Source of the DNA: a virus
Taxonomy: Duplodnaviria > Caudoviricetes
DNA: 63,957 nt
Virus record (IMG/VR): IMGVR_UViG_3300028025_006013
Location: 1 to 63,957 of that record
Strand: one strand, 5' to 3'
Position numbers and translations under genes: made by a program. Every line of letters starts with the position of its first letter. The first letter of the stretch is position 1. Below the pieces are notes generated by a model. It saw nothing but the letters and a program-made list of their open reading frames with translations. It searched no databases and was not told where the DNA came from. Below are positions 1-9,896 of the stretch, piece after piece.

Positions 1-44
1 GTCAACATATGTATAACTGTAATAACTTTAAACAATTTACACAT

Positions 45-893
45 ATGGCAATTTTATCTTATGGTCAAGTTGGTTGGCGCTCAGCAGTAGCTGCACCCGT
101 ATCCGGGATAGACGCAGATGCTCAAGCATTCATCACCGCGGCTTCAATCACTGACAACACACAAAAATCCGCAATTAACACGTTGGTGACGCAACTGAAA
201 ACGTATGGAATTTGGACCAAACTTAAAGCGGTTTATCCGTTTGTAGGTGGTACTGCTAGTTCACATAAGTGGAACTTAAAAGACCCACGTGATTTAGATG
301 CGGCTTTCCGATTGAGGTTTGATGGTGGAGGTACTCATAGTTCAACTGGTTATCTACCTAATGGAATAAATAGTTCTGCCCTTACTTTTCTATCACCATC
401 GGCTAATCAAACATTAACATCTGCACATTTTTCTTTATATTCAAGAACATCTGGTAAATCATTATCTACATCCTATTACGCAGCTTCAGGATGTTATAAC
501 TCAGCGTCAAATGCTTCTTATATTATCACGAATAGATATATAGATAACACAATTGGAGGTCCGATGTGGTCTGAGTCAGGAGGGGGTGTAGTTGCAACTG
601 TGGCTTCAACACCTGATGGGCGTGGTTTCTGGATGACTTCAAGAACTGCTAATAATGCTTTGAACTTCTATAAGAATGGAACTTCCATTATTTCCAACAC
701 TACAACTCAATCATCTACATCACTTCCAACTTATGCGTATCGTTTAGGTTCTATCAATGGTACACCTACTGGTGAACACGATAATAAAGAACTGGCATTC
801 GCCTCATTAGGTGAAGGTTTATCTTCAACAGAATCAGCAAACTTCTACACAGCAGTACAAACATTCCAATCCACTTTAGGAAGAGCAGTTTAA
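45..893 (+). CDS. Virion-associated beta-rich (LamG/ConA-like) protein, cassette copy 1
   Basis: ORF 9..893, probable start at ATG 45 (MAILSYGQVGWRS) downstream of a late-type motif at 7-15; paralog of 42268..43098 with near-identical N- and C-termini; fold is inferred. Confidence 0.6.
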   Translation: MAILSYGQVGWRSAVAAPVSGIDADAQAFITAASITDNTQKSAINTLVTQLKTYGIWTKLKAVYPFVGGTASSHKWNLKDPRDLDAAFRLRFDGGGTHSSTGYLPNGINSSALTFLSPSANQTLTSAHFSLYSRTSGKSLSTSYYAASGCYNSASNASYIITNRYIDNTIGGPMWSESGGGVVATVASTPDGRGFWMTSRTANNALNFYKNGTSIISNTTTQSSTSLPTYAYRLGSINGTPTGEHDNKELAFASLGEGLSSTESANFYTAVQTFQSTLGRAV

Positions 894-914
894 CCCATTA
901 AACATATTTAAGCA

Positions 915-1133
915 ATGAAAGTAAGACAATTAACACAAGAACAAAAAGACGCGCTAGTTGGACAAACATACGACGGTGTGCAATTCTTTAATCCTACATT
1001 AGATGCAAACGGTGTATGGTTCATCTCAAATGAAGAGGTAAACAACTGCACACATGCAAACGGTGCATTCGAGTGGATTCACGAGTTACCAGAGATCGAC
1101 CACAATCCAGTGGTAAGCGAATTACCATTTTAA
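915..1133 (+). CDS. Small protein, partner of the cassette gene
   Basis: 72 aa, nearly identical to 43119..43334. Confidence 0.75.
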   Translation: MKVRQLTQEQKDALVGQTYDGVQFFNPTLDANGVWFISNEEVNNCTHANGAFEWIHELPEIDHNPVVSELPF

Positions 1134-1159
1134 TTTAAAGTTATCTACACAACACAATT

Positions 1160-1189
1160 ATAGCCACCCTCACAGGTGGCTATTTTTTT
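1160..1189 (+). terminator. Rho-independent terminator
   Basis: TAGCCACC-CTCACA-GGTGGCTA followed by a T-run; very similar to 34582-34611. Confidence 0.85.
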
Positions 1190-1217
1190 CTGCCATCCAC
1201 TCATATTTATACACGAT

Positions 1218-2126
1218 ATGGCAAAAACAAGAAAACCCAGACCCAAACCGCAGAAGCAGATTGCAAATGAGCTAATCGAACCATATGTTAACCCAGAGAA
1301 CGGGCAAACATTAGGTAACCCAAACGAGCCAACCTCATTTGAACCAATCACACCCGATGAACAATCCGGAACGGGATTTAACCGCTCAGAAAAACTTTCA
1401 TCTCGCGGCGATACACACAAACCGTTTACTGTTGGTATACAGGACATGGACGAGTCCATCATGTACTACTTCAACGAAATCATCAAACCCACAGTACAGC
1501 AAAACGGACAACGCATAGCGGTACCAATCATGTACGGTGCACCAGAACGCTGGAAATCGGCACAAAAGGACGGGTACTACAAAGACAAAAATGGCCGCAT
1601 CATGGCGCCCATCATCATGTTCAAGCGCGACAACATTGAAAAAAACCGTAGCTTGCCATACAAAATTGACGCCAATCAACCCCATTTGTATGTAACTTGG
1701 GCAACCGGATACAACGCAAAAAACACATATTCAAACTTTGACGTACTGAACAACCGTGTTCCCGTTAAAACATATCAACTTATTGTTGTACCCGACTATG
1801 TTTACTTAACATATAGCTGTACAATACAGACATACTACGTTGACCAATTGAATAAAATAATCGAGGCCATCAACTACGCATCCGATTCATATTGGGGTGA
1901 TCCAGAGCGCTTCAAATTCAAATCATCCATTGACTCATTCAGCACCACCACTGAATTAAACGATGGGCAAGATCGTATAGTGAAAGGCACATTCACACTT
2001 AAATTGTCGGGCTATATAGTTCCAGACAACATACAGAAAGAAATCGCCTCTATACGCAAAGTAAACAGCAAAGCGCAATTTGTGGTCACAACTGAAACAT
2101 TCATTTCAAATAAACCGAATAGTTAG
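1218..2126 (+). CDS. Tail completion/sheath stabilizer (T4 gp15-like)
   Basis: VPIMYGAPERW motif; position upstream of fibre and sheath genes; ATATTTATA at 1203. Confidence 0.6.
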   Translation: MAKTRKPRPKPQKQIANELIEPYVNPENGQTLGNPNEPTSFEPITPDEQSGTGFNRSEKLSSRGDTHKPFTVGIQDMDESIMYYFNEIIKPTVQQNGQRIAVPIMYGAPERWKSAQKDGYYKDKNGRIMAPIIMFKRDNIEKNRSLPYKIDANQPHLYVTWATGYNAKNTYSNFDVLNNRVPVKTYQLIVVPDYVYLTYSCTIQTYYVDQLNKIIEAINYASDSYWGDPERFKFKSSIDSFSTTTELNDGQDRIVKGTFTLKLSGYIVPDNIQKEIASIRKVNSKAQFVVTTETFISNKPNS

Positions 2127-2160
2127 TATATATTAACATATTTATAATCAAAAATATCAG

Positions 2161-5100
2161 ATGGCAAAAACACTATCGAACAATGGCATAGTTCTTAACC
2201 AAATCATATACCCTCAACAAGTATCCCAATCCATAGACGCATTAACTGGTGCAGACAACTACGATATAACCATATCGGGTTCATTTACCGTAACCGGTTC
2301 CACATCAATCGATGGTAATGTAACTGTGGATGGCGCTATTACCATGGAAGGTAATGTAGTTGCACCTAATTTAACCGATACAGCACAGTCCAATGTAGTA
2401 ACATATAACTCAATCAATGGGCAATTCTACTACACATCATCAAATGCTATATCCCCAGCTACCGCATCAAACTCTGTAAGCGCATCATATGCTGCTACCG
2501 CTTCGTATGTACAAAATGCACAAACAGCCTCGTATGTTGCTACCGCATCATGGGCATTTAACGCAGTGACTGCCTCGTATGTACAAAATGCACAAACAGC
2601 CTCGTATGTACTGAACGCTGTATCTGCTTCGTATGCAACTACAGCAAGCTATGTTGCAAATGCACAAACCGCTAGTTATGTTACACTAGCGCAAACCGCA
2701 TCATACGTTAACCAAGCTGTATCTGCTTCATATGCAACAACCGCTTCGTACGCTGTGAGTTCATCTGCCGCTGACAGCGCTATATCTGCGAGTTACTCAA
2801 CGACAGCATCGTTTGCACAGAACGCCACATCCGCTTCATACGCTGCAAGCGCTTCACACGCTGATTCAAGCAACACTGCCTCGTATGCATTAACCGCATC
2901 GTATTTAGAGGGATATATTTCACCATTTCCATACACTGGTTCGGCACAAATTACTGGCTCGTTGGGTGTAACTGGTAGCGCTACTGTAAACGGTGATTTA
3001 GTTGTAAACGGTACCGCATCATTCAATGTATTCCATACAATATACAATTCGTCATCAATCATTTACGCATCCGGTTCAACCAAATTCGGAGACACATCAG
3101 ACGATACGCACCAATTCACAGGTAGCTTGTACGTTAGTGGAAGTGTGACCGCAGATACATTTACCGGAACCGCATCATATGCTACCCAGGCCGCTACCGC
3201 ATCATTCGTTACGTTAGCTCAAACGGCTTCATTCGTTACATTAGCGCAAACCGCGTCATACGTTAACCAAGCGGTATCCGCTTCATATGCTGCTACTGCA
3301 TCGTTCGTTGCGAATGCACAAACCGCATCATACGTTACACTAGCACAAACTGCCTCGTATGTTGCTACAGCGTCATATTCAAACAATTCACTATCGTCAT
3401 CATACGCATTAACCGCATCTCATGTAACGGGAATTGTTGCCGCGTTCCCATACACAGGTTCGGCACAAATCACAGGTTCATTGGGTGTAACCGGTAGCGT
3501 AGACATATACAAATCTGGCTCAACTGTGTTGTCAGTCAATGGTTCAACTGGAGCATTAATTACTGTAACCGATTCAATTTCCGGCCCGCTATTAACAGTG
3601 GCAACTGGATCCACAAATATATTGGTGGTAGATTCATCGCTAGTTACCACAATCACAGGTAGCTTGAATGTACAAAACGGAGTTACCGCATCGCTATTTG
3701 GTACTGCATCGTGGGCACAAAACACCACAACGGCATCATTCGTTACACTGGCACAAACCGCATCGTATGTACTTAATGCTGTATCCGCATCGTTTGCCTC
3801 AACTGCATCGTATGTTAATCAGTTAAACCAAACCGTAAACATATCTGGTTCATTGAACGCAACAGGTAGTGTAAACATATACAAATCTGGTTCATCCCCA
3901 CTTGTAGTTAGTGGATCGCAAGGTCCGTTATTTGAAATTACCGATTCTGTATCCGGTTCATTGTGGACGATATATACTGGATCGTTACCTATATTTGATG
4001 TATCATCAGATCGCACCATGACTTTAAGCGGTTCTGCAACAATCACTGGCAGCTTAACCGTACAAAACGGAATTACCGGCTCATTATTCGGTACTGCATC
4101 ATGGGCACAAAACGCTACAACTGCATCATTCGTTACACTGGCACAAACCGCGTCATATGTGCTTAATGCTGTATCCGCATCATTTGCCTCTACCGCATCA
4201 TTCGTTAACCAACTTAACCAAACCGTAAGAATATCCGGCTCGTTATTTGCAACCGGTAGCGTAGACATATACAAATCGGGTTCAACCGTATTTGCCGTTA
4301 GTGGATCAAACGGACCGTTATTTGATGTAACAGATGTTGTATCTGGTTCGCTGTTTACAGTATGGACTGGATCTACACCAATACTACAAGTTAATTCGGG
4401 ATTGACCACAACAATCACCGGTAGCTTAGATGTACAAAATGGAATTACTGGATCGCTATTTGGTACTGCATCGTGGGCACAAAACGCTGTAACCGCATCA
4501 TATGCATTATCTGCACTATCATCATCATATGCTGGTACTGCATCGTTATCCGATAGAACGCTCCAAACAGATATACTCGCAATAAACCAAACCGGTTTCA
4601 CCATTGAAAAAGGGATGGTTGTACGCATCACGGGTTCAAACACCTCCAGCGATATACCACGTATCACCACTGCATCTTACGAAACAGATGGTGTATCAGC
4701 AAATACATTAGGTATTGCCACTCAACAAATCACAAACGGCTCGCAAGGGTTCGTTATCACCGAGGGTGTATTACTTGGAATTGACACAACCAACTACATT
4801 TCAGGTCAGTTGTTGTATTTAGGTGCAAGCGGTGCCATTACCGGTTCTGCTCCACAAGCACCATTGCATACAGTACGATTGGGTCAAGTTGTCCGTCAAC
4901 AATCAAACAATGGATCCATTCACGTTCGTGTTGACAATGGATACGAGTTGGGTGAATTGCACGATACACACGATACTACCACAACTGCATCATACGGTGA
5001 CTTGTTAGTTAAATCGGGTAGTTTGTGGACCAATTCAAAACAATTAACTGGCTCGTATGGGTTAACCGGTTCATTAACCGCTACATCATTCACTGGATCT

Positions 5101-5673
5101 TTAGAGGGTACCGCATCGTATGCAACACAAGCATTGTCAGCATCTTTTGCTTCCACTGCATCATTCGTTAACTCGTTAGTTCAGAAAGTAAACTTAACCG
5201 GTTCACTCCACATCACCTCATCACTAGCACAAACATCGTCATCCATTCAAATCACGTTGCCATCTGGCTCATCCAGACAAGACTACAGTGTGCCTGTAAC
5301 CAAATACAAACAATTCAGTTACTTAACCACAACACGACCAGTATACCAAGATGACTACATTAACTTAGGGTACGATTCATCTGGAAACGATTTTGAAATG
5401 GACATCAACACAGACCCAGCATCTGGTAGAGTTCAGGTACACGCATTCTGCACCACAGCAACATCAGTAACCGCTACATCGGATTTAATAGTGGCTAGTG
5501 TAACCACTGACATTTACCCGAATGGTATAAACACAGATAGCCGATTGGAAATAACAGTGCATGCTGGTTTGGATCCGAATTACCCATTCTACAAAATCAC
5601 CGCATATAGAAGCAATACCACGTATGGTGGAAACATTAGCGTATTGGTAGAGCGATTCTTCCCGAACAATTAA
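2161..5673 (+). CDS. Long tail-fibre-like protein with TASY/SASY and TGS repeats
   Basis: 1170 aa, Ser/Thr/Ala/Gly-rich, 6-9 aa periodic repeats and three longer internal block repeats; structural context. Confidence 0.7.
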   Translation: MAKTLSNNGIVLNQIIYPQQVSQSIDALTGADNYDITISGSFTVTGSTSIDGNVTVDGAITMEGNVVAPNLTDTAQSNVVTYNSINGQFYYTSSNAISPATASNSVSASYAATASYVQNAQTASYVATASWAFNAVTASYVQNAQTASYVLNAVSASYATTASYVANAQTASYVTLAQTASYVNQAVSASYATTASYAVSSSAADSAISASYSTTASFAQNATSASYAASASHADSSNTASYALTASYLEGYISPFPYTGSAQITGSLGVTGSATVNGDLVVNGTASFNVFHTIYNSSSIIYASGSTKFGDTSDDTHQFTGSLYVSGSVTADTFTGTASYATQAATASFVTLAQTASFVTLAQTASYVNQAVSASYAATASFVANAQTASYVTLAQTASYVATASYSNNSLSSSYALTASHVTGIVAAFPYTGSAQITGSLGVTGSVDIYKSGSTVLSVNGSTGALITVTDSISGPLLTVATGSTNILVVDSSLVTTITGSLNVQNGVTASLFGTASWAQNTTTASFVTLAQTASYVLNAVSASFASTASYVNQLNQTVNISGSLNATGSVNIYKSGSSPLVVSGSQGPLFEITDSVSGSLWTIYTGSLPIFDVSSDRTMTLSGSATITGSLTVQNGITGSLFGTASWAQNATTASFVTLAQTASYVLNAVSASFASTASFVNQLNQTVRISGSLFATGSVDIYKSGSTVFAVSGSNGPLFDVTDVVSGSLFTVWTGSTPILQVNSGLTTTITGSLDVQNGITGSLFGTASWAQNAVTASYALSALSSSYAGTASLSDRTLQTDILAINQTGFTIEKGMVVRITGSNTSSDIPRITTASYETDGVSANTLGIATQQITNGSQGFVITEGVLLGIDTTNYISGQLLYLGASGAITGSAPQAPLHTVRLGQVVRQQSNNGSIHVRVDNGYELGELHDTHDTTTTASYGDLLVKSGSLWTNSKQLTGSYGLTGSLTATSFTGSLEGTASYATQALSASFASTASFVNSLVQKVNLTGSLHITSSLAQTSSSIQITLPSGSSRQDYSVPVTKYKQFSYLTTTRPVYQDDYINLGYDSSGNDFEMDINTDPASGRVQVHAFCTTATSVTATSDLIVASVTTDIYPNGINTDSRLEITVHAGLDPNYPFYKITAYRSNTTYGGNISVLVERFFPNN

Positions 5674-5686
5674 ATAAACTAACCGT

Positions 5687-5890
5687 ATGTTATATATAGC
5701 AAACATTCAAAAAACAACCATCAACGCATCCACTCCGAACCAGCGCATATCAAATGCTGAAGTTCATATAGTGGATGCTATTGATCAAACCGAAGCAGAA
5801 TCAAAATTAACCCAACACTATGTGGATTTAAGCACGGTGGATACATCGTACGAAATATCGATATTAAGTTGCAACCAATTAATCAGTTAG
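5687..5890 (+). CDS. Hypothetical protein (possible fibre chaperone)
   Basis: 67-aa ORF between two fibre genes. Confidence 0.55.
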   Translation: MLYIANIQKTTINASTPNQRISNAEVHIVDAIDQTEAESKLTQHYVDLSTVDTSYEISILSCNQLIS

Positions 5891-5905
5891 TAATACAATA
5901 AATTT

Positions 5906-7783
5906 ATGGCAAAAAGATTAGACAAATCAGACATAGCATCGCTCAACACTATCCGCCCATACCATGTATCCCAATCAGTGGATGCATTTACAGGAGAGGT
6001 AGCATATGATATCAATGTATCTGGTTCATTCCAGGTTACGGGATCCACAGTATTGTCGGGCAGCACTTATGTTCGTACATTAACCCAAACCAACCAACCC
6101 AATGTTGTAACCATCAACACAGCAACTGGGCAATTATTCTACACAGCATCAACTGCATTTGGTGCACCATTAGATACTGGTTCATTTTTTAAACAAAATG
6201 GAAACTCATTCGGTGCCACAGCGGTATTAGGTACAAACGACAACTATGCGTTGCGTTTTGAAACAAACTCAACTACCAAAATGCACATTGGTACTGACGG
6301 AAACGTTGGTGTAAACACATTAAATCCTACATCTCATTTACACGTGAGCGGTACATTAGCAAACGGTAGAACAGTATCAGCCGTTGGCTTATTTTCACAC
6401 GCGGAAGGTAGGGAAACACTTGCATATGGTGCCCATTCACATGCCGAAGGTTACCTAACCACATCATCCGGTGATTATTCACACGCAGAAGGTAGAGAAA
6501 CATTTGCATCTGGTGCCTATTCACATGCCGAAGGCATCCAAACCCTATCCAGCGGTGCATATTCACACACCGAAGGTTACCTAACCACAGCATTCGGTGA
6601 TTATTCACACGCGGAAGGCAGGGAAACACTTACACTTGGTGCCGGTTCCCACACTGAAGGTTACCTAACCACAGCATCCGACTTTTATTCACACGCGGAA
6701 GGCAGTAAAACACTTGCATTTGGTATAGGTTCACATGCAGAAGGATCTGGAAGTGCAGCCATGGGTAACTTTTCACACGCAGAAGGTAAAGGAACATACG
6801 CAGAAGGTGTAGTATCACATGCAGAAGGATCAGGAAGTATATCATCCGGTGCCGGTTCCCATTCAGAAGGTTTTTTCACCAGAGCATCCGGTGATTATTC
6901 ACATGCAGAGGGAGTGGAAACCCTATCATCTGGTACAGGTTCCCACTCAGACGGTTATCTAACCACAGCATCCGGTGATTATTCACACGCGGAAGGTAGA
7001 GAAACATTTGCATTCGGTGATTATTCACACGCTGAAGGTTCATCAAGTATAGCGTGGGGATTTGCAGCAAATGCTACTGGAAGAGAAACACTTGCATATG
7101 GTTTGGGTTCCCACACTGAAGGTTACTTAACCACAGCATCCGGTGACTACTCACACACCGAAGGTAAAGAAACATTTGCCTTGGGTACAAATTCACACGC
7201 AGAAGGATCTGGAAGTAGAGCCATAGGTGATTATTCACATGCTGAAGGTTACCTCACTTCAGCTAGTGGGGTATCTTCACACGCGGAAGGCAGGGAAACA
7301 TTTGCACTTGGCGTAGGCTCACATGCAGAAGGATATTTAACCACAGCATCCGGTATTTATTCACACGCGGAAGGCAGGGAAACATTTGCATCTGGTGCAT
7401 ATTCACATGCCGAAGGTATAGAAAGTATAGCATACGGTTATGTATCAAAATCAACAGGTCGAGAGTCCCAAGCCCTCGGAGATTATTCATACGCTGGTGG
7501 TCGTTCCACGGTTGCATCTGGTTCATCGCAATATGTTGTAGGAAAATACAATACCCACAATGACGATACATCATTGTTTATTGTTGGGAATGGTACTTCA
7601 TTAGCAACAAAAGACGCATTCAAAGTAACCCACAGTAGCTCAATTGTTGTACCACCTCGAACATCAGCTCCATCATGGGTAGGCACAGATGGTGAAATGG
7701 TACCAGCAGTTGTAAGTGGCGCCTATTACATATACGTCTATTTCAGTGCAATCCCAGGTTGGAGAAGAACTGCACTTACATAA
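5906..7783 (+). CDS. Tail fibre/adhesin with YadA-head-like 14-aa (SHAEG) repeats
   Basis: More than 20 tandem 14-aa SHAEG repeats; N-terminus homologous to that of 2161..5673 (VSQSxDAxTG..YDI.xSGSF). Confidence 0.75.
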   Translation: MAKRLDKSDIASLNTIRPYHVSQSVDAFTGEVAYDINVSGSFQVTGSTVLSGSTYVRTLTQTNQPNVVTINTATGQLFYTASTAFGAPLDTGSFFKQNGNSFGATAVLGTNDNYALRFETNSTTKMHIGTDGNVGVNTLNPTSHLHVSGTLANGRTVSAVGLFSHAEGRETLAYGAHSHAEGYLTTSSGDYSHAEGRETFASGAYSHAEGIQTLSSGAYSHTEGYLTTAFGDYSHAEGRETLTLGAGSHTEGYLTTASDFYSHAEGSKTLAFGIGSHAEGSGSAAMGNFSHAEGKGTYAEGVVSHAEGSGSISSGAGSHSEGFFTRASGDYSHAEGVETLSSGTGSHSDGYLTTASGDYSHAEGRETFAFGDYSHAEGSSSIAWGFAANATGRETLAYGLGSHTEGYLTTASGDYSHTEGKETFALGTNSHAEGSGSRAIGDYSHAEGYLTSASGVSSHAEGRETFALGVGSHAEGYLTTASGIYSHAEGRETFASGAYSHAEGIESIAYGYVSKSTGRESQALGDYSYAGGRSTVASGSSQYVVGKYNTHNDDTSLFIVGNGTSLATKDAFKVTHSSSIVVPPRTSAPSWVGTDGEMVPAVVSGAYYIYVYFSAIPGWRRTALT

Positions 7784-7817
7784 TCCAGATATATATTTAT
7801 AGACAAAAATAAAAGTC

Positions 7818-8081
7818 ATGTCAATCATCACAGAAAAAAAATCCATCACCCCAGATGAACTAACCACACTACGTGGCATACAAGAAGAAACTCAAACCCT
7901 AGTGTTTACACTAGGGGAAATTGAGATCATGCGCCTCCAATTGAACGAACGTCACGATGAAGCAAAAAAGCAATTGCTTGACCTTACAAACCGTGAAAAC
8001 ACATTCAACGAGTTAGTATCCCAAAAATACGGCGACATTGACCTAGATCCATCAACTGGTGAATTTACCACATCCAACTAA
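7818..8081 (+). CDS. Small coiled-coil protein
   Basis: 87 aa, helical, ends KYGDIDLDPSTGEF; late motif at 7793. Confidence 0.6.
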   Translation: MSIITEKKSITPDELTTLRGIQEETQTLVFTLGEIEIMRLQLNERHDEAKKQLLDLTNRENTFNELVSQKYGDIDLDPSTGEFTTSN

Positions 8082-8098
8082 TGGTTTGTGATTTACGC

Positions 8099-8107
8099 AT
8101 ATTTATA
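8099..8107 (+). promoter_or_regulatory. Late-promoter-like motif ATATTTATA (representative copy)
   Basis: ATAT(T/G)TATA copies at 7, 1203, 2138, 7793, 8099, 9875, 11606, 12212, 13842, 16296, 16717, 19251, 27662, 41274, 42230, 45735, 51675, 55089, 57401, 60031 and 62694, nearly all a few tens of nt upstream of starts. Confidence 0.75.
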
Positions 8108-8132
8108 ATTAAATAAAACCATATATTAAACC

Positions 8133-9851
8133 ATGTCTGAAACTTTAATATCCCCGGGTGTACAAATAAACGAAAATGACCAGTCATTCATCACTCAGCA
8201 AGTACTGCAAGCTGGTGCAGCAATAATTGGCCCTACCGTTAAAGGACCCGTAAACATACCTACTGTAGTTACCACATATTCAGATTACAAAAATATTTTT
8301 GGTGAAACATTCACCAGTGGTTCCCAAACATACGAATATTTTACGTCCATATCAGCTCAAAACTATTTCGCTGCCGAGGGAGGTGGTTCATTGTTAGTTA
8401 CTCGCGTTGTAAGCGGCTCATTCACACCCGCTACCGCATCCATAAACATGTCTGGTTCATCATCACCAGCGTTCATCATTGAAACATTATCTGAGGGTGT
8501 AATCATGAACAATGATTACCCGCAAAATTTAAATGGTACATTACCTAGTGGATCGCTAGACAATATTCGATGGGGAATTGAAGCAGCAAATACTGCATCA
8601 GGTACATTTACATTACTTATCAGAAAAGGAAACGACAATACCAATGAAAAATCTGTACTTGAAACATTCAACAATTTATCGCTGGATCCATACTCAAACA
8701 ACTACATTGAGAAACGCATTGGTAACTCAACACAAAACATTGCAAGCGATAGTGGTGATTTCTATTTGTCATCAACTGGAAGTTTCGCAAATATATCCAG
8801 GTACATTCGAATCAGAGAAGTACTTGCCACTACACCAAACTATTTAGACAATTCAAGCCTACCTAAAGCAATATACACGGGAAGTTTACCATTTCCATCC
8901 AGTGGCTCATTTGGTGGTGCTCAAGGAAGTAACATCCCATCAACACCAGGTGAATATTACGGAAATATAACCGGCAACTTACCACAAGGTATACCAACAT
9001 CATCATACAATGATGTAATACAATTGTTAGCAAATAAAGAGGCATATTTATTCAAATACATTACCGCACCTGGATTAATATATTCAAACCACTTTCAGAC
9101 AGTTACATCGTTAATCAACATGGTGCAAGAGCGAAACGACACAATGGCGATAATCGATTCATCACCATATGGTATGGCATCTAATGTAGGTGGAGTTGTA
9201 TCAAACGTTCAATCACTCGATACATCATTTGCAGCTACTTATTGGCCATGGGTTCAATTAAACAATTCACAGAACACTCAAGTGTGGGTACCTGCATCCA
9301 CAATCATTCCAAACGTATATGCATTCAATGATCGTGTATCTAAACCATGGTTCGCACCAGCGGGTATAAACCGTGGAAGACTTACACAGGTATCTCAACT
9401 TGAGAGAGTTGTTACCCAATCAGTGCGCGATGATTTATACAAAGCAAACATCAACCCAGTTACATTATTCCCTGGATCTGGCGTAACCGTTTACGGTCAG
9501 AAAACGTTATCGAAAAAACCAAGCGCATTAGACAGAGTAAACGTAAGACGTTTGTTAATCGAATTGAAAAGCTTCATTGGCCAATTCGCAAACACATTAG
9601 TGTTCGAGCAAAACAACCAAGTCACACGTGACCGATTCTTGACCCAAGTTAACTCATACCTAAACCAGGTACAGTTGCAACAAGGTTTAGACGATTTTAA
9701 TGTAGTGATGGACGAAACAAACAACACACCTGATGTAATTGACAACAATCAATTAGTTGGACAGGTATACATTAAACCAACACGCTCTGCAGAGTTCATT
9801 TTACTTGAATTCAACATATTACCAAGCAGTGCCACACTAGATGGGCAATAA
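8133..9851 (+). CDS. Contractile tail sheath protein 1
   Basis: SPGV N-terminus, PWFAPAGINRG, ALDRVNVRRL and IKPTRSAEFI motifs. Confidence 0.93.
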   Translation: MSETLISPGVQINENDQSFITQQVLQAGAAIIGPTVKGPVNIPTVVTTYSDYKNIFGETFTSGSQTYEYFTSISAQNYFAAEGGGSLLVTRVVSGSFTPATASINMSGSSSPAFIIETLSEGVIMNNDYPQNLNGTLPSGSLDNIRWGIEAANTASGTFTLLIRKGNDNTNEKSVLETFNNLSLDPYSNNYIEKRIGNSTQNIASDSGDFYLSSTGSFANISRYIRIREVLATTPNYLDNSSLPKAIYTGSLPFPSSGSFGGAQGSNIPSTPGEYYGNITGNLPQGIPTSSYNDVIQLLANKEAYLFKYITAPGLIYSNHFQTVTSLINMVQERNDTMAIIDSSPYGMASNVGGVVSNVQSLDTSFAATYWPWVQLNNSQNTQVWVPASTIIPNVYAFNDRVSKPWFAPAGINRGRLTQVSQLERVVTQSVRDDLYKANINPVTLFPGSGVTVYGQKTLSKKPSALDRVNVRRLLIELKSFIGQFANTLVFEQNNQVTRDRFLTQVNSYLNQVQLQQGLDDFNVVMDETNNTPDVIDNNQLVGQVYIKPTRSAEFILLEFNILPSSATLDGQ

Positions 9852-9896
9852 TTTGACTTTACATAGACATATTAATATTTATAACTAAAAATAAAC

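Noticed and set aside
6390-7490. CRISPR-like array of 42-bp periodic repeats
   Set aside because: The repeats are in frame within a coding gene (SHAEG units) and degenerate at third codon positions; no cas genes.
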